The notes: generated by a model from the sequence alone, not told the origin. Shown: positions 1 through 9,635, numbered from the stretch's first letter. The stretch is 56,450 bases of DNA from Armatimonadia bacterium (GCA_039683575.1 JBDKRC010000223.1:1-56450); one strand, 5' to 3'. Numbers and translations: made by a program.

Positions 1-81
1 CGGGGGCTCCGTACCCCGCCTGCCGTTATCCACGATTACCTATCGCCACACGCGGCGGGGTACGGAGCCCCCGCCCTACAG
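1..81. repeat. GTAG-type REP inverted pair (REPIN-like), left arm truncated by window edge
   Basis: 1-20 cgggggctccgtaccccgcc is the reverse complement of part of 54-81 ggcggggtacggagcccccgccctacag; the same unit recurs at 11907, 11961, 23533 and 30560. Confidence 0.85.
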
Positions 82-134
82 TCGGACGACACGGCTACCG
101 ACAACAGCAGGTTACACCCCACGCACCCCGCCAA

Positions 135-163
135 TTGACACACCGCCTCTGTAAGGCTATTGT
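135..163 (+). promoter_or_regulatory. sigma70-type promoter
   Basis: TTGACA(135-140)-17 nt-TATTGT(158-163) upstream of the 303 CDS. Confidence 0.6.
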
Positions 164-302
164 TACAGCAGTTGGGGGAAGCAGTACTTCGGGACGTTTT
201 CCTCGTTCATGAACTCCGCCCTGCATCTCTCATAAAGGTTTAGCAACACAGGCCAAAGAACAAGATACACTAAAGATGGCGGATTTCGCATCTGGTAGGA
301 AC

Positions 303-1622
303 ATGGCGCAGCGTTTCGTCGCCTGGGGGCTGCTGAACCTGCTCGCGGCTGGGCCGGGGCTGGGCTTGCTGGCTGCCTTCGACGCGGCCACTGACGGCAG
401 TCTGGCGCTGCAGTACCCAATCTTCGGAACCCATGCCTGGATGACCATGATGGGCTGGGCGGTTCCGACGATGTTCGCGCTCGTCTGCTTGCTCCTCCCA
501 GTGCTGAAGGACGTGCCTTTCCAGAGCAACACTGCCGCCGGCATCTGCCTGTTTCTGCTGATAGTCTCAACGCTGGGCCTTGCGGCCTACCTCTTCCTGG
601 CCCACACCGGCCGCTCAGCGCTCTTCATCCTGCCCCCCATCTGGGCTTTCTACCTCATTTGCGGGATAATCTACAACATCATCGTGTGGCGTCATACCGC
701 CCGGTCGCTGCGCCCCACGGCAACCGATATCGGGGTTCAGTCGGGGGCCGTCTGGCTGCTCATAGTGCTCAGCGTGAAGGTGATTGCCGCACTGGGGGGC
801 TTTGGCACCGGACGGCATGACTTCCTTGCCAGTTCCGATGCCGCCGTACTGATTGCGATGATGTTCGGCTTTCTGGGCAACACGGGGCTTGCAGTTGCCG
901 GGGCGGTCGCCCCAGCCTTTCTCCTGACGCCCCACCCCCGCGCCAAGGTGCTCAACGCCTTCACGTTCTACAATGTCATGGTCGCCATCTGGTGCCTTGG
1001 CGCCGCCTGGGTGCTGCCGTGGCCTTTCAGCTTTGGCCGTCTCTTCCTGGCTCTCGCGGGGTTACTGCTGCTAACCGCGGTCATTCGCATCCTGATCGAG
1101 ATGCGGCTGTTTGAGCTCGTATCTTACCGCGCCAACAGCCGCCGCAGGAAGCTGACCCGGCTGGCCCTGGCGACGGGCACCATCATGTTCACCTTTTCCG
1201 CGGCAGTGATCTCCCTGATCGGCATCTGGAACGCCGCGACGATGTACTACGCGCCTGCAGAGATGATCACGCTGCCGATGCACTTCTTCATGATCGGGTT
1301 CTTCTCTAACCTCGTCATCGCGCTGTTCGTACCACTGTTGGGCGCGCGCAGTCTTTCGGGGGCGAAACTGGTTTTTGCCTACCTGGCCTATGTCATGTTC
1401 CTGCTGTGGCTCGTGGCCAAGCTTGCGCTGGCCGTTATGGGCATCGTCAGCCACGAAACGCTCTGGTATCCGCGTTACATCGTCGGCGGCCTCGCCGCCG
1501 CCGCGGCCGTCTCTCTGGCCCTGTGGATGTTCTCGGCGATAGTCTTCCCAGGCCGCTCAGCCGCGCCGCAGGCTACCGTTCCTCCCCCGGCGCAGGACGC
1601 GCCGCCCCCGCTGATGCAGTGA
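303..1622 (+). CDS. polytopic membrane protein, NnrS-like
   Basis: about 12 hydrophobic segments; repeated H-x-x-M...G motifs (HAWMTMMGW, HFFMIGFF) resembling NnrS; ATG 303 follows ggtagga (ORF track start 276). Confidence 0.5.
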   Translation: MAQRFVAWGLLNLLAAGPGLGLLAAFDAATDGSLALQYPIFGTHAWMTMMGWAVPTMFALVCLLLPVLKDVPFQSNTAAGICLFLLIVSTLGLAAYLFLAHTGRSALFILPPIWAFYLICGIIYNIIVWRHTARSLRPTATDIGVQSGAVWLLIVLSVKVIAALGGFGTGRHDFLASSDAAVLIAMMFGFLGNTGLAVAGAVAPAFLLTPHPRAKVLNAFTFYNVMVAIWCLGAAWVLPWPFSFGRLFLALAGLLLLTAVIRILIEMRLFELVSYRANSRRRKLTRLALATGTIMFTFSAAVISLIGIWNAATMYYAPAEMITLPMHFFMIGFFSNLVIALFVPLLGARSLSGAKLVFAYLAYVMFLLWLVAKLALAVMGIVSHETLWYPRYIVGGLAAAAAVSLALWMFSAIVFPGRSAAPQATVPPPAQDAPPPLMQ

Positions 1623-1634
1623 CATCCGCGCGGT

Positions 1635-3209
1635 CTAGAACCGCCACCTGCTGCTCAGCATCCACTCCCGTTGCGTATGATCATAGCCGACCCCCACCCT
1701 GCCATATTCCGCTTCGATGTAGCTAAGCCGCGGGAACTCCAGCAAGGGCGAGTCTCGCTCCACGACGTGGTTGATGGCCGACCCGGCTTTGGTGATGCTG
1801 ATCAGATTGCGCATCTCGTCATCCCAACTCACCCTCAGCACCACATGATCCGCCCGCAGGAGCCGCCCCAGGCGCAGCGTCACCAGTTCATTGAGGCGGA
1901 AGTAGTTGTTGAGGGTACGCTGGTACACTGCCACCGGCTTAGCCGACAGCACCATCATCCACGGCAGATAGAGGGCGCCCGCAGCATAGCCCTGGCGTTG
2001 TGCCAGCCCCGCCTTCAACGGGTCGTCCGCACCGGCCTGCAGCGGCACATTGGTATAGGGCAGCCCTACACCCATGGCGATCGTCGTATTGCTGGCATAC
2101 AACGCCGGCTTGTTAGCAAAGCGCGGGTCGTTGAGCAGCAGGAGCGTACGGAACAGTTCGAAGTTGCCAGTCTGGATCAGATAGCCGTCAAACGGCAACC
2201 GCGCCAGCGCCGCGGCCGCTCCGATCTCCCCCGGCCGAGCCAGGTACGCCAGCCCGCCCTGCTTGTGGATTGCTTCCACGGTGGCGCTGAGTGTCTGCCC
2301 ATCCAGCAGCCGTTCGTTCAGGAATAGCCCCACGACTGACCCGCTGTGTGAGTCAACGTACTGGCCTACGATGACCCGGAAGTCAGCCGGCAGGCGCCCC
2401 TCACGCTTCAGACGCTCTGCTGTCCTCTGGGCCCGCAGAGCATCCCCGATTTCCCCGCGCGAGGCAATCGCAATCGCCCCCAAACCCCGCTGCGCCGCAG
2501 TCAGCAGCGCCTGCTCGTTGGTCGCGACCGAGTCATCGGCGAATTCCGTGGTCACTCGCAGGTCAACCGACACCTCGCCGTCGCCGGCCGTCACCTGCGT
2601 GAGGGTTTTGGGTATCAAGCCCAAGAGGTAGGGCCCCGCCTCCGTAAGCGCCACATCTCTGGTCGTGTGCCGCGTCTTGCTCATCAGAGCATCGGCTGCC
2701 CCCTCGCAGACCGTGTCATCATCGCGGTGCAACCACAGGTACGCGCCAATCAACGCCAGCCGTCGCGGAGCCTCGTGCTCGTCGCTGTCCAGGCGCAGGG
2801 ATTCGTCTCTTGCGATCGCGAAGGGATTGCGGGTGCTGCCCTGCCGCTCTTCCCAGCGCTCCAACAGGTCCTCACCGGACATCTGCCCCGCGTTCAGGCC
2901 TGGGAAGTGCTCTGGCAGGTAGCCTGGGGAGAAGTCCGGTTGCACGCGGTACTGGGCGACCAGGTCGAGGGGATATTCGTATCGCGGAAGCGGTGGAGCC
3001 TGCTCGGCGGCGGTACGTCCAGGGGGCATGTCGGTGAGGCGATCCGGGGAGGCCGTATCGGCAATCCAGCCGGCCACCCGCCCCTCCAAAGGCACGTAGC
3101 GCGCCTCAAAGAGCGGACTGGGCGGCAACTGCAAGGGGGCAGGACGGTCCTGCGCCCCGACTGCGGCGCAGGCCACTATCATCAGAAGGCTGACAACCAG
3201 CCGCCGCAT
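1635..3209 (-). CDS. exported protein with a degenerate PHP-fold domain
   Basis: signal peptide MRRLVVSLLMIVACAAVGA; PHP-like spacing VDLRVTT...AIAIASRG...VIVGQYV...AIHKQGGLAYLARP, metal ligands substituted; ends in WRF. Confidence 0.65.
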   Translation of the reverse strand: MRRLVVSLLMIVACAAVGAQDRPAPLQLPPSPLFEARYVPLEGRVAGWIADTASPDRLTDMPPGRTAAEQAPPLPRYEYPLDLVAQYRVQPDFSPGYLPEHFPGLNAGQMSGEDLLERWEERQGSTRNPFAIARDESLRLDSDEHEAPRRLALIGAYLWLHRDDDTVCEGAADALMSKTRHTTRDVALTEAGPYLLGLIPKTLTQVTAGDGEVSVDLRVTTEFADDSVATNEQALLTAAQRGLGAIAIASRGEIGDALRAQRTAERLKREGRLPADFRVIVGQYVDSHSGSVVGLFLNERLLDGQTLSATVEAIHKQGGLAYLARPGEIGAAAALARLPFDGYLIQTGNFELFRTLLLLNDPRFANKPALYASNTTIAMGVGLPYTNVPLQAGADDPLKAGLAQRQGYAAGALYLPWMMVLSAKPVAVYQRTLNNYFRLNELVTLRLGRLLRADHVVLRVSWDDEMRNLISITKAGSAINHVVERDSPLLEFPRLSYIEAEYGRVGVGYDHTQREWMLSSRWRF

Positions 3210-3211
3210 CT

Positions 3212-4468
3212 CTACTCCTGCTTTGCGGCCCCGGCTTGCTCGGCAATGGCCAGGAGAGCCCGCACTTTGTGGCGCCGCGACAGCAGCCCCCGAGCCAGCT
3301 CAAGTCCCGCAGCCGGGTCAGTCTTCGCCACCACAGGGGCCAATTGCGCCTGATAGTCCTCGCGCACTTCGAAATCTTCAACTGCGGCCAGAAGCTGACT
3401 TGCCTGCCGTGGCTGAGTGGGCGCCAGCAGCAACGCGATGCGTCCCACCGCCCGTCCGGCAGCTTCCTGATCATCTACCTTCGTCAGCATGGCCAGAGCG
3501 CCGGGCGGATCAACTGAGGCCATGGCGACTGCCACGTCGGCTTCCAGGCGCCCCCGCTCTTCTGACGCGAGGTCTGCGCCCAGCCCCAGGGCTGCACGCG
3601 CCATCGCGGCCGCCATCTCGGCCTGCGAGGCGGGCAGATGACCGGCGATGGCCGCCATGGCCAGGGCGCGCTGCCCCGGGTCTTTGAGCTTGGTCACAAC
3701 TTGCATGGCCGCATCAGGATTGGCCTCGGAAAGCGCCTGACACATGCGGCGATAGGCAACCTCGCGCAGCCGCTCATCCGTGATCCCAGCGGCCTCCCGC
3801 ATAGCCTGCTCTACGTCAACGAGGCTCCATGCCGTAACGAGTTCCTGGCGGGCCAACCCCGCAGTCTCATCGGTATCTGGAACTGCCACTACGGCGTCAG
3901 CGGCTTCCTTGAACATCGCCGCAGCGCCCGCGGGATCGGTTGCAGCCATGGCACCGGCCAGATCTCGCAAGGCCGCAGCCCGGAATACCGGCGCCGCGAT
4001 CTCCCGAGACGCTGTGGCGGCCTGTGCGAACAGTTCCTTGGCCCGCGCCGGGTCGTCTACTGCCCGGCCGATCTCCCGCAGTACCATGGCCCGGTGGGCA
4101 GCATACGGCAGCTTCCCCGCCGCTTCGACGGCGCGCTCGGTAAACTGGCTCGCCTGCTCCGGCGCCACTTCTTTCGCACGAACTGCCAGCCCTCGCCAGG
4201 TGAGGGGCCGCGCCACGACTTCCTCGACCTGGGAGGCAGCTTCAGAGGCTTCGGCCAGTGTGGCGATCGCGCGCGCATCACCGAGCCGATGCCAGGTCAC
4301 GGCAATGTCCGCAAGCGCGATGGCCCGCTGTTCCGGCTCTCGCAGCTTCATCGCTTCCTTGTGGGCCTCCTCCACCAAGGCCGCCGGCTGGGGCTGCGCC
4401 CATGCGGCCGCTACGACGCCAATAAGGAAGGCGACTGCGAGGGACAAGCGGTGAATTGTGCTGGGCAT
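3212..4468 (-). CDS. exported helical-repeat (TPR/HEAT-like) protein
   Basis: signal peptide ending AAWA; recurring R-A-x-x-L-x-x-[IL]-[AG] helices (RAIALADIA, RAMVLREIG, RAAALRDLA, RALAMAAIA); RBS gggaggga before ATG 4468. Confidence 0.7.
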   Translation of the reverse strand: MPSTIHRLSLAVAFLIGVVAAAWAQPQPAALVEEAHKEAMKLREPEQRAIALADIAVTWHRLGDARAIATLAEASEAASQVEEVVARPLTWRGLAVRAKEVAPEQASQFTERAVEAAGKLPYAAHRAMVLREIGRAVDDPARAKELFAQAATASREIAAPVFRAAALRDLAGAMAATDPAGAAAMFKEAADAVVAVPDTDETAGLARQELVTAWSLVDVEQAMREAAGITDERLREVAYRRMCQALSEANPDAAMQVVTKLKDPGQRALAMAAIAGHLPASQAEMAAAMARAALGLGADLASEERGRLEADVAVAMASVDPPGALAMLTKVDDQEAAGRAVGRIALLLAPTQPRQASQLLAAVEDFEVREDYQAQLAPVVAKTDPAAGLELARGLLSRRHKVRALLAIAEQAGAAKQE

Positions 4469-4516
4469 GATTCCCTCCCGATAAGGCAGGAAAGCGCGGT
4501 TAGTCATCCGGTAGGC

Positions 4517-4545
4517 AAAGGGCCGAGGCACATGCCCCGGCCCCT
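4517..4545 (-). terminator. intrinsic terminator downstream of the HEAT-repeat genes
   Basis: minus strand ggccggggca-tg-tgcctcggcc hairpin followed by a short T tract. Confidence 0.5.
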
Positions 4546-4574
4546 ATTTTACTATTCTACTAATTTATGAACTA

Positions 4575-5159
4575 CTATGCTGAGGCCAGGGGCGGCGGCT
4601 CCGGCAGCACCTCGAGCTTGCCCTTGAGGGCTCCCATCTCCAGGTCGAACGGACGGCCGTCGGCGAAAAACCCGAGCTTCTCGAGGCTCTCCTTCGCCAT
4701 TTCGCGGACCACAGCAGCCGGCTTCTCGCCAATCTTGGCGCCCTGCCCGGTCTGCAGCGCCGGGATGGCGCGGCGGTCGCCGATCTCCCCCAGCACCCAC
4801 GCCGCGCGCCCGCGGAACTGCTCGGGCAAGTGCGCGTTGTTGAGCACCTTGGCAACCTCGTCGATCACGGGGTTGGGCTTCTTCGGGTCCGGCTCGTCTA
4901 CCTCGCGCCCCTTCTTCACCAGCGCCACGCCAGCCATGTCACAGAGCTCGTCGTCGCCTTCGAGCACCTCGATCAGCGCCTCGGTGGCGCGATCGTCATT
5001 GAGGTTGGCAAGCTGCACCACTGCAGTGGCGCGCGTATTCTTCTCCTGGGACTTGATGTCCTCGGAAAGCCGCTCCATCGGGTCCACAGTGCACCCGCTG
5101 AGCAGCGCCAGGAGCAGCGCGGCCATGATAATCACCGACAGGTTCCGCAACTGTAACAT
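4575..5159 (-). CDS. HEAT-repeat lipoprotein
   Basis: lipobox LLSG/C; PBS-lyase-type HEAT motifs (RATAVVQLANL, RGRAAWVLGEIGDRRAIPAL); RBS ggagg before ATG 5159. Confidence 0.8.
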   Translation of the reverse strand: MLQLRNLSVIIMAALLLALLSGCTVDPMERLSEDIKSQEKNTRATAVVQLANLNDDRATEALIEVLEGDDELCDMAGVALVKKGREVDEPDPKKPNPVIDEVAKVLNNAHLPEQFRGRAAWVLGEIGDRRAIPALQTGQGAKIGEKPAAVVREMAKESLEKLGFFADGRPFDLEMGALKGKLEVLPEPPPLASA

Positions 5160-5205
5160 CAAAATGCCTCCGTAGGGCCTCAGCTTCGCTTGAATAGGTT
5201 TGGTC

Positions 5206-6501
5206 TTACTCCGGCAGCCCCAGCGACTTTGCGGTATTCGCCGCGGCCATTCGCGCCCAGTAATGCTTATCAGACTGCGCCGTCTCAACAGCGGCAGCGA
5301 CGGCGCTCTTCATGGTCTCAGGCACCCGGAGCTTGCCGAGGGAGTAAACCGAGGCAATGCGAACATCGCCCACAGCGTCTTTGAGCCCCTCCAGCAGCGC
5401 AGTCACAGCCGTTGTCACCTGGGCCTCATCGCCAGCCTGTGCCGCGACGTCCCCGAGGGCGTAGGCTGTCGCAACGCGGACCTCGACATCCGGCTCAACC
5501 TTGGGCTCGAGGGTCTTGGCCAGAGCATCCAGGCCTGCAGGATTACGCATCATGCCCAGAGCCTTGGCCGCAGCCAAGCGCACGGGCGGGGCATCTACAA
5601 CGGCTGGCGCAGCGGCCGGCTCAGCCGGAGCCGCAGCAGCCACGGGAGCGCCAGCGGGCGGCGCGGCAGGAGCAGCGGCAGGTGCAGCGGCAGGTGCAGC
5701 GGCAGGTGCAGCGGCAGGAGCAGCGGCAGGTGCAGCGGCAGGAGCAGCGGCAGGAGCAGCGGCAGGAGCGGCAGCAGGAGCGGCAGCAGGTGCGGCAGCA
5801 GGTGCGGCAGCAGGTGCGGCAGCAGGTGCGGCGGCAGGTGCGGCGGCAGGTGCGGCGGCAGGAGCAGCAGCAGGAGCAGCAGCAGGAGCAGCGGCAGGTG
5901 CAGCGGCAGGTGCAGCGGCAGGTGCAGCGGCAGGAGCAGCGGCAGGTGCAGCGGCAGCAGGTGCGGCAGCAGGTGCGGCAGCTACTTCGGTGCCGGGGCG
6001 GGCGCTGAGGGCAGTCCCGAGCGCCGTTGCGGCGCTATCGGTACCCAACATACCCAGGGCCTGGGCTGCCGCGATGCGAATTGCGGGTTTCTCTGCGCCA
6101 TCGTTCAGCAGGGCGGTGATCGCAGTCTCGGCGCTGATGACTTTGAGCTTGCCGAGGGCCTCGATCGCGGCCAGACGCAGCGCCTGGTCACTGGAAGAGA
6201 GTGCCCCCTGGAGCGCCTCATCGCCGGCGTGACTGCCGACCATACCAAGCAGCCAGGCGGCGCGAGGAGCAGCCTCCTCGGTCTGTGCCTGAACGATGGC
6301 GGCCAGGCGAGGGCCGATGGAGGCGCCACGCGAACGAAGTTCGGCGAGTGCATCCATGACCTTGCCGGGATCCTGCAGGCTCAAATCGCTCAGATATCGC
6401 GTGGTGCGCTTGGCGCTGCTGTACTGGGCGATGCCCCATGCGGCGATCAGGACCACTCCGATTATTACCAGCGACCTGACGGTTCGATTACTCACGTGCA
6501 T
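5206..6501 (-). CDS. membrane-anchored HEAT-repeat protein with a long (APAA)n linker
   Basis: N-terminal TM helix; HEAT repeats (RLAAIEALGKL, RIAAAQALGML, RLAAAKALGMM, RIASVYSLGKL) either side of a ~125-aa Ala/Pro tract; start 6501 or 6519. Confidence 0.8.
   Translation of the reverse strand: MHVSNRTVRSLVIIGVVLIAAWGIAQYSSAKRTTRYLSDLSLQDPGKVMDALAELRSRGASIGPRLAAIVQAQTEEAAPRAAWLLGMVGSHAGDEALQGALSSSDQALRLAAIEALGKLKVISAETAITALLNDGAEKPAIRIAAAQALGMLGTDSAATALGTALSARPGTEVAAAPAAAPAAAAPAAAPAAAPAAAPAAAPAAAPAAAPAAAPAAAPAAAPAAAPAAAPAAAPAAAPAAAPAAAPAAAPAAAPAAAPAAAPAAAPAAAPAAAPAAAPAAPPAGAPVAAAAPAEPAAAPAVVDAPPVRLAAAKALGMMRNPAGLDALAKTLEPKVEPDVEVRVATAYALGDVAAQAGDEAQVTTAVTALLEGLKDAVGDVRIASVYSLGKLRVPETMKSAVAAAVETAQSDKHYWARMAAANTAKSLGLPE
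5660..5982. repeat. 12-nt tandem repeat (~27 units) encoding APAA
   Basis: units gcagg(t/a)gc(a/g)gc(g/a), with variants arranged in blocks. Confidence 0.95.
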
Positions 6502-6581
6502 CAACTCTCGCTTTTGCATGATCGCGGTCCGGCCGGACCGCCTTCACCCCGGGTTGCATCCCCGAAGTACTGTTAGTAGAT

Positions 6582-9416
6582 CTAGCCTTGCGCCTTGCGG
6601 ATCTGGTCCAGCCTCTGCTGGATGGTCTGCACCTGAGCGTCCTGGGGCTTCTCATTGTCCGCCAGGTGCTTCATGAGCTGCAAGGCCATGGCATCGCCGA
6701 TGATCTTCAGCGTCGAGGCCAGCCATTGCTTCTGCGTGATGTCCTTGGAAGAGCCGCGGATGCGAAGGACCTTGTCGGTCGCGGGCTTGCCGATGGCGGC
6801 CAGGATCGCCGCAGACCAGGCCTTGGTCGCATCGTCAGCGGTGGCCAGGGAATTGATCAACTCGTCAACAGGCAGGTCCTGCATATTCGACAGGGCGGTC
6901 GCAGCGGCAAGCTGCAGGTCGGGTTTGGACCCGTCCTTGACCAGACCGATGAGCATCTTGCCGGTCGCGCCCATCTTGTCCGTGACGTTTTCCTTGATCG
7001 CTGCGGCCTGCCGCACGGCGACCATGGCAATGGCCTTGGCAGACGGCAAAGCCATGGGTTCGCCCGGCTTCAGCAGGCTCTGCAGTTGAGTAATCGCCTG
7101 CTGGTCGCCGACGTAACCGAGGGCGACAATGGCGTCGCGGCGGACATTGGCCGGGGAAGTGGCATCCAGGGCGGCCTCAACCAGTACCGGCTGCGGGCTG
7201 GCCGTGGCGGCCACCGCAGCGCCCGGCTGCTGCGGAGCGGCTGTCGAGACTTCCTGCAGCAACTGGTTGGTCACGCTGGACTGGGCGAAGACGGAGGCGA
7301 TGGCCGCGCGGTGCTTGGCATCCGGTGTGCCGGAGGACTGCACTTCCTGCAGCAGCTTGTCGACGGGATCCATGCGCCAGTTCTTCAGGAGGTCCATGGC
7401 CACGTCGCGCACCGGAACCACGGGATCGGATAGCCCGGCCACGAGGTACTTGGTGCCGTCGGGACTGCCGAGCTTCACGAGCGCGCGAAGCGCAGCGATT
7501 CTGACCACGGGTTCGGGGGCTCCGGCAGCCTTCTGCAGCGGCGCCAACGCCGCCGGCATGCCTGTGCCACCGAGGGCGGCCGCAGCGGCCGCACGGGCCG
7601 GAGCGGAGGTGGCGGCATTGCCTATGACTTTCCGCAGCGGCTCCACGGACGGCTCGGAGATCTCGCCCAGAGCAATGCTGGCCCAGTTGCGGACCTGCGC
7701 ATTGCCACCCACGAGGGCCTGCACCAACTGCGGCACGGCGGGAGCGCCGATGCGGGTCAAAGCGGTCTCAGCCATGTGGCCCACACGGGTATTGGGATTG
7801 TTCAGAGCGCTCACGAGGCTTGGAACAGCCGGGGCGCCGATCTTGGCCATGGCGTCACGAGCCGCGTAGTATACCTGCCACTCGGGGTCGGTCAAGGCCG
7901 CGGCGAGGGCCGGGATTACTGAACCAGCCGCGCCTTGCAGCGATTCCGGAGCGGCATTGCGCAGCGCGTCGGAGGCAACCTGGCGGACATCCGACGAGGA
8001 ACTGTCGCGGAGCGCCTTCGCGAGATAGCCGATGGAGCCCGGACCGCCGATTTCGGCGATGGTCTGCGTGGCGAGCAGCCGGACCTCGGCATTGCCAGAG
8101 GCCAGCGCGGGCTGCAGCGGAGCGATCGCCGGCGCGCCGATGCGCACGAGCGCCACAGAGATGTCACGAGAAGCGCCGGAGGGGGCGTTGATGAGCATGC
8201 CGGCCATGATGTTGGCGGCCTGCTGGGCCTCGGCGAGCTTGTAGGTCTTCGGATCTGGCCCGACGATCACGGGCTTGGCCGGCGCAGCGGCAGCGGCTGG
8301 AGCAGCGCCTGCCGCAGCGGCTGGAGCAGCGCCTGCCGCAGCGGGAGCGGCCCCGGCGGCGGGTGGCGGCGCGGCAGCAGCGGCCTCTTCGGCAGCCTTG
8401 GCAGCCGCGTCTTCCATCAGCTTCTGCACGGTCTTGGCGGCCGTCTCACGTATCGGGGCGGTCTCGATCTTGCCAAGGGCCTCGGCGGCGGCGGCGCGCA
8501 CTTCCATGCGCGGGTCCTTCAGCCGCTGCATCAGCACGGTGCCGGTGTTACCAATGAGTGCGAACTGGCCCATGGAACCCAAGGCTGCGGCAGCCTTGCG
8601 GCGCACGCCCCAGTTCGGGTCGGCGATGGCCTTGACCAGCGGCGGGAGGCACTCAGGTGCTTCCTCGGGCTTAACACCCGCGCCGATGGTTCCGATCATG
8701 GTGGCGGCCTGTCCGCGCACTTCGGGGCTCTCAGAGACGAGCAGCTTGCCGGTCAGGGCGGGAATCGCCACCAGCTTCATGTTCAGGAGCGAGGTGACGG
8801 CGCACTCACGCTCGCGAGCGTATTCGGCCGCTTCCTGGTCGGGAGCTGGCTTTCCGCGCTCGATGATCTTGACCAGATCACCGGTGACGGGCTCGCCCAC
8901 ACCACCGAAAACGGTGGCGACGCCGGTGCGGATGTAATCATCCCAGGCGCCCATGATTGGCAGCAGGTACGGGATAACCGGCTCGCCGATGGCGGTGAGG
9001 ACTGCGGGCGCGCCAGCGCGGACTTTGGCGTCTTTGTCGGTCAGCGCCTCGACCAGCGGGGGGATAGCCAGCGGGCCGAATTGGGACACAGTCGCAGTGA
9101 TGCGGGGCTGCACCGGCGCATCGACCACGGTCCAGCACGTCATAAGCTGGAAGATCGCCTTCTCAGTGCCGATGTAGGGGATGGCCTCGACGGCGTTGTC
9201 CTGCACCCACCGGGGCTGGTCGGCGAGACCCTCGGCCAGCTTCTGGCTGTCAACCAGCTGCTTGACCGCGTTCACACGCTGTTGCGGCGAACCGAAAGCG
9301 ATCTCGCCCCGCAAGCGGTTGAGCTCGCCCCGGCGGCCGCCGGCGTAGATGAACAGGCTGAGCGCAACTGCAGCGATGACGATCCAGGTAGTCTGCCGCC
9401 TGGTGTTTTCGTCCAC
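6582..9416 (-). CDS. large membrane-anchored HEAT-repeat protein
   Basis: N-terminal TM (WIVIAAVALSLFIYAG); many HEAT motifs (VRAGAPAVLTAIGEP, VRRKAAAALGSMG, VRAAAAEALGKI); internal Ala/Pro linker near 8280-8390; GTG 9416 follows gaggag (track start 9425). Confidence 0.85.
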   Translation of the reverse strand: MDENTRRQTTWIVIAAVALSLFIYAGGRRGELNRLRGEIAFGSPQQRVNAVKQLVDSQKLAEGLADQPRWVQDNAVEAIPYIGTEKAIFQLMTCWTVVDAPVQPRITATVSQFGPLAIPPLVEALTDKDAKVRAGAPAVLTAIGEPVIPYLLPIMGAWDDYIRTGVATVFGGVGEPVTGDLVKIIERGKPAPDQEAAEYARERECAVTSLLNMKLVAIPALTGKLLVSESPEVRGQAATMIGTIGAGVKPEEAPECLPPLVKAIADPNWGVRRKAAAALGSMGQFALIGNTGTVLMQRLKDPRMEVRAAAAEALGKIETAPIRETAAKTVQKLMEDAAAKAAEEAAAAAPPPAAGAAPAAAGAAPAAAAGAAPAAAAAPAKPVIVGPDPKTYKLAEAQQAANIMAGMLINAPSGASRDISVALVRIGAPAIAPLQPALASGNAEVRLLATQTIAEIGGPGSIGYLAKALRDSSSSDVRQVASDALRNAAPESLQGAAGSVIPALAAALTDPEWQVYYAARDAMAKIGAPAVPSLVSALNNPNTRVGHMAETALTRIGAPAVPQLVQALVGGNAQVRNWASIALGEISEPSVEPLRKVIGNAATSAPARAAAAAALGGTGMPAALAPLQKAAGAPEPVVRIAALRALVKLGSPDGTKYLVAGLSDPVVPVRDVAMDLLKNWRMDPVDKLLQEVQSSGTPDAKHRAAIASVFAQSSVTNQLLQEVSTAAPQQPGAAVAATASPQPVLVEAALDATSPANVRRDAIVALGYVGDQQAITQLQSLLKPGEPMALPSAKAIAMVAVRQAAAIKENVTDKMGATGKMLIGLVKDGSKPDLQLAAATALSNMQDLPVDELINSLATADDATKAWSAAILAAIGKPATDKVLRIRGSSKDITQKQWLASTLKIIGDAMALQLMKHLADNEKPQDAQVQTIQQRLDQIRKAQG

Positions 9417-9635
9417 GGGCTTCAACTCCTCATGCGAACATCACCGGAAGCGTTCCGGCGCAATATCGTTTTCCACGGGTCGAGAGCGTCAGGCAGCCCC
9501 GAGAGGGGCCTGAACAGGGTCAGGCGGCCCCTTGACGCACAGCAAAAGGGGCGCGGCCAAGGCGACCACGTGCCCGCCATTTCTCTCTTCCTGAGGTGAT
9601 TCCTTCTTTCCCGGCAACCTCTTTAACATTTTTTC

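Noticed and set aside
170-300. Possible riboswitch upstream of the NnrS-like gene
   Set aside because: No recognisable aptamer motif or convincing expression platform
4495-4506. 12-mer TGACTAACCGCG shared with 22014-22025, both upstream of genes
   Set aside because: Only two non-palindromic copies; a chance match of this length is plausible
5660-5982. Possible CRISPR array
   Set aside because: Contiguous coding tandem repeat without unique spacers; no cas genes
5200-6576. Plus-strand ORFs with RCSG, QRQV and GAAA repeats (5200, 5412, 5501)
   Set aside because: Stop-free shadows of the 12-nt repeat; the minus-strand frame carries HEAT motifs and fits the operon
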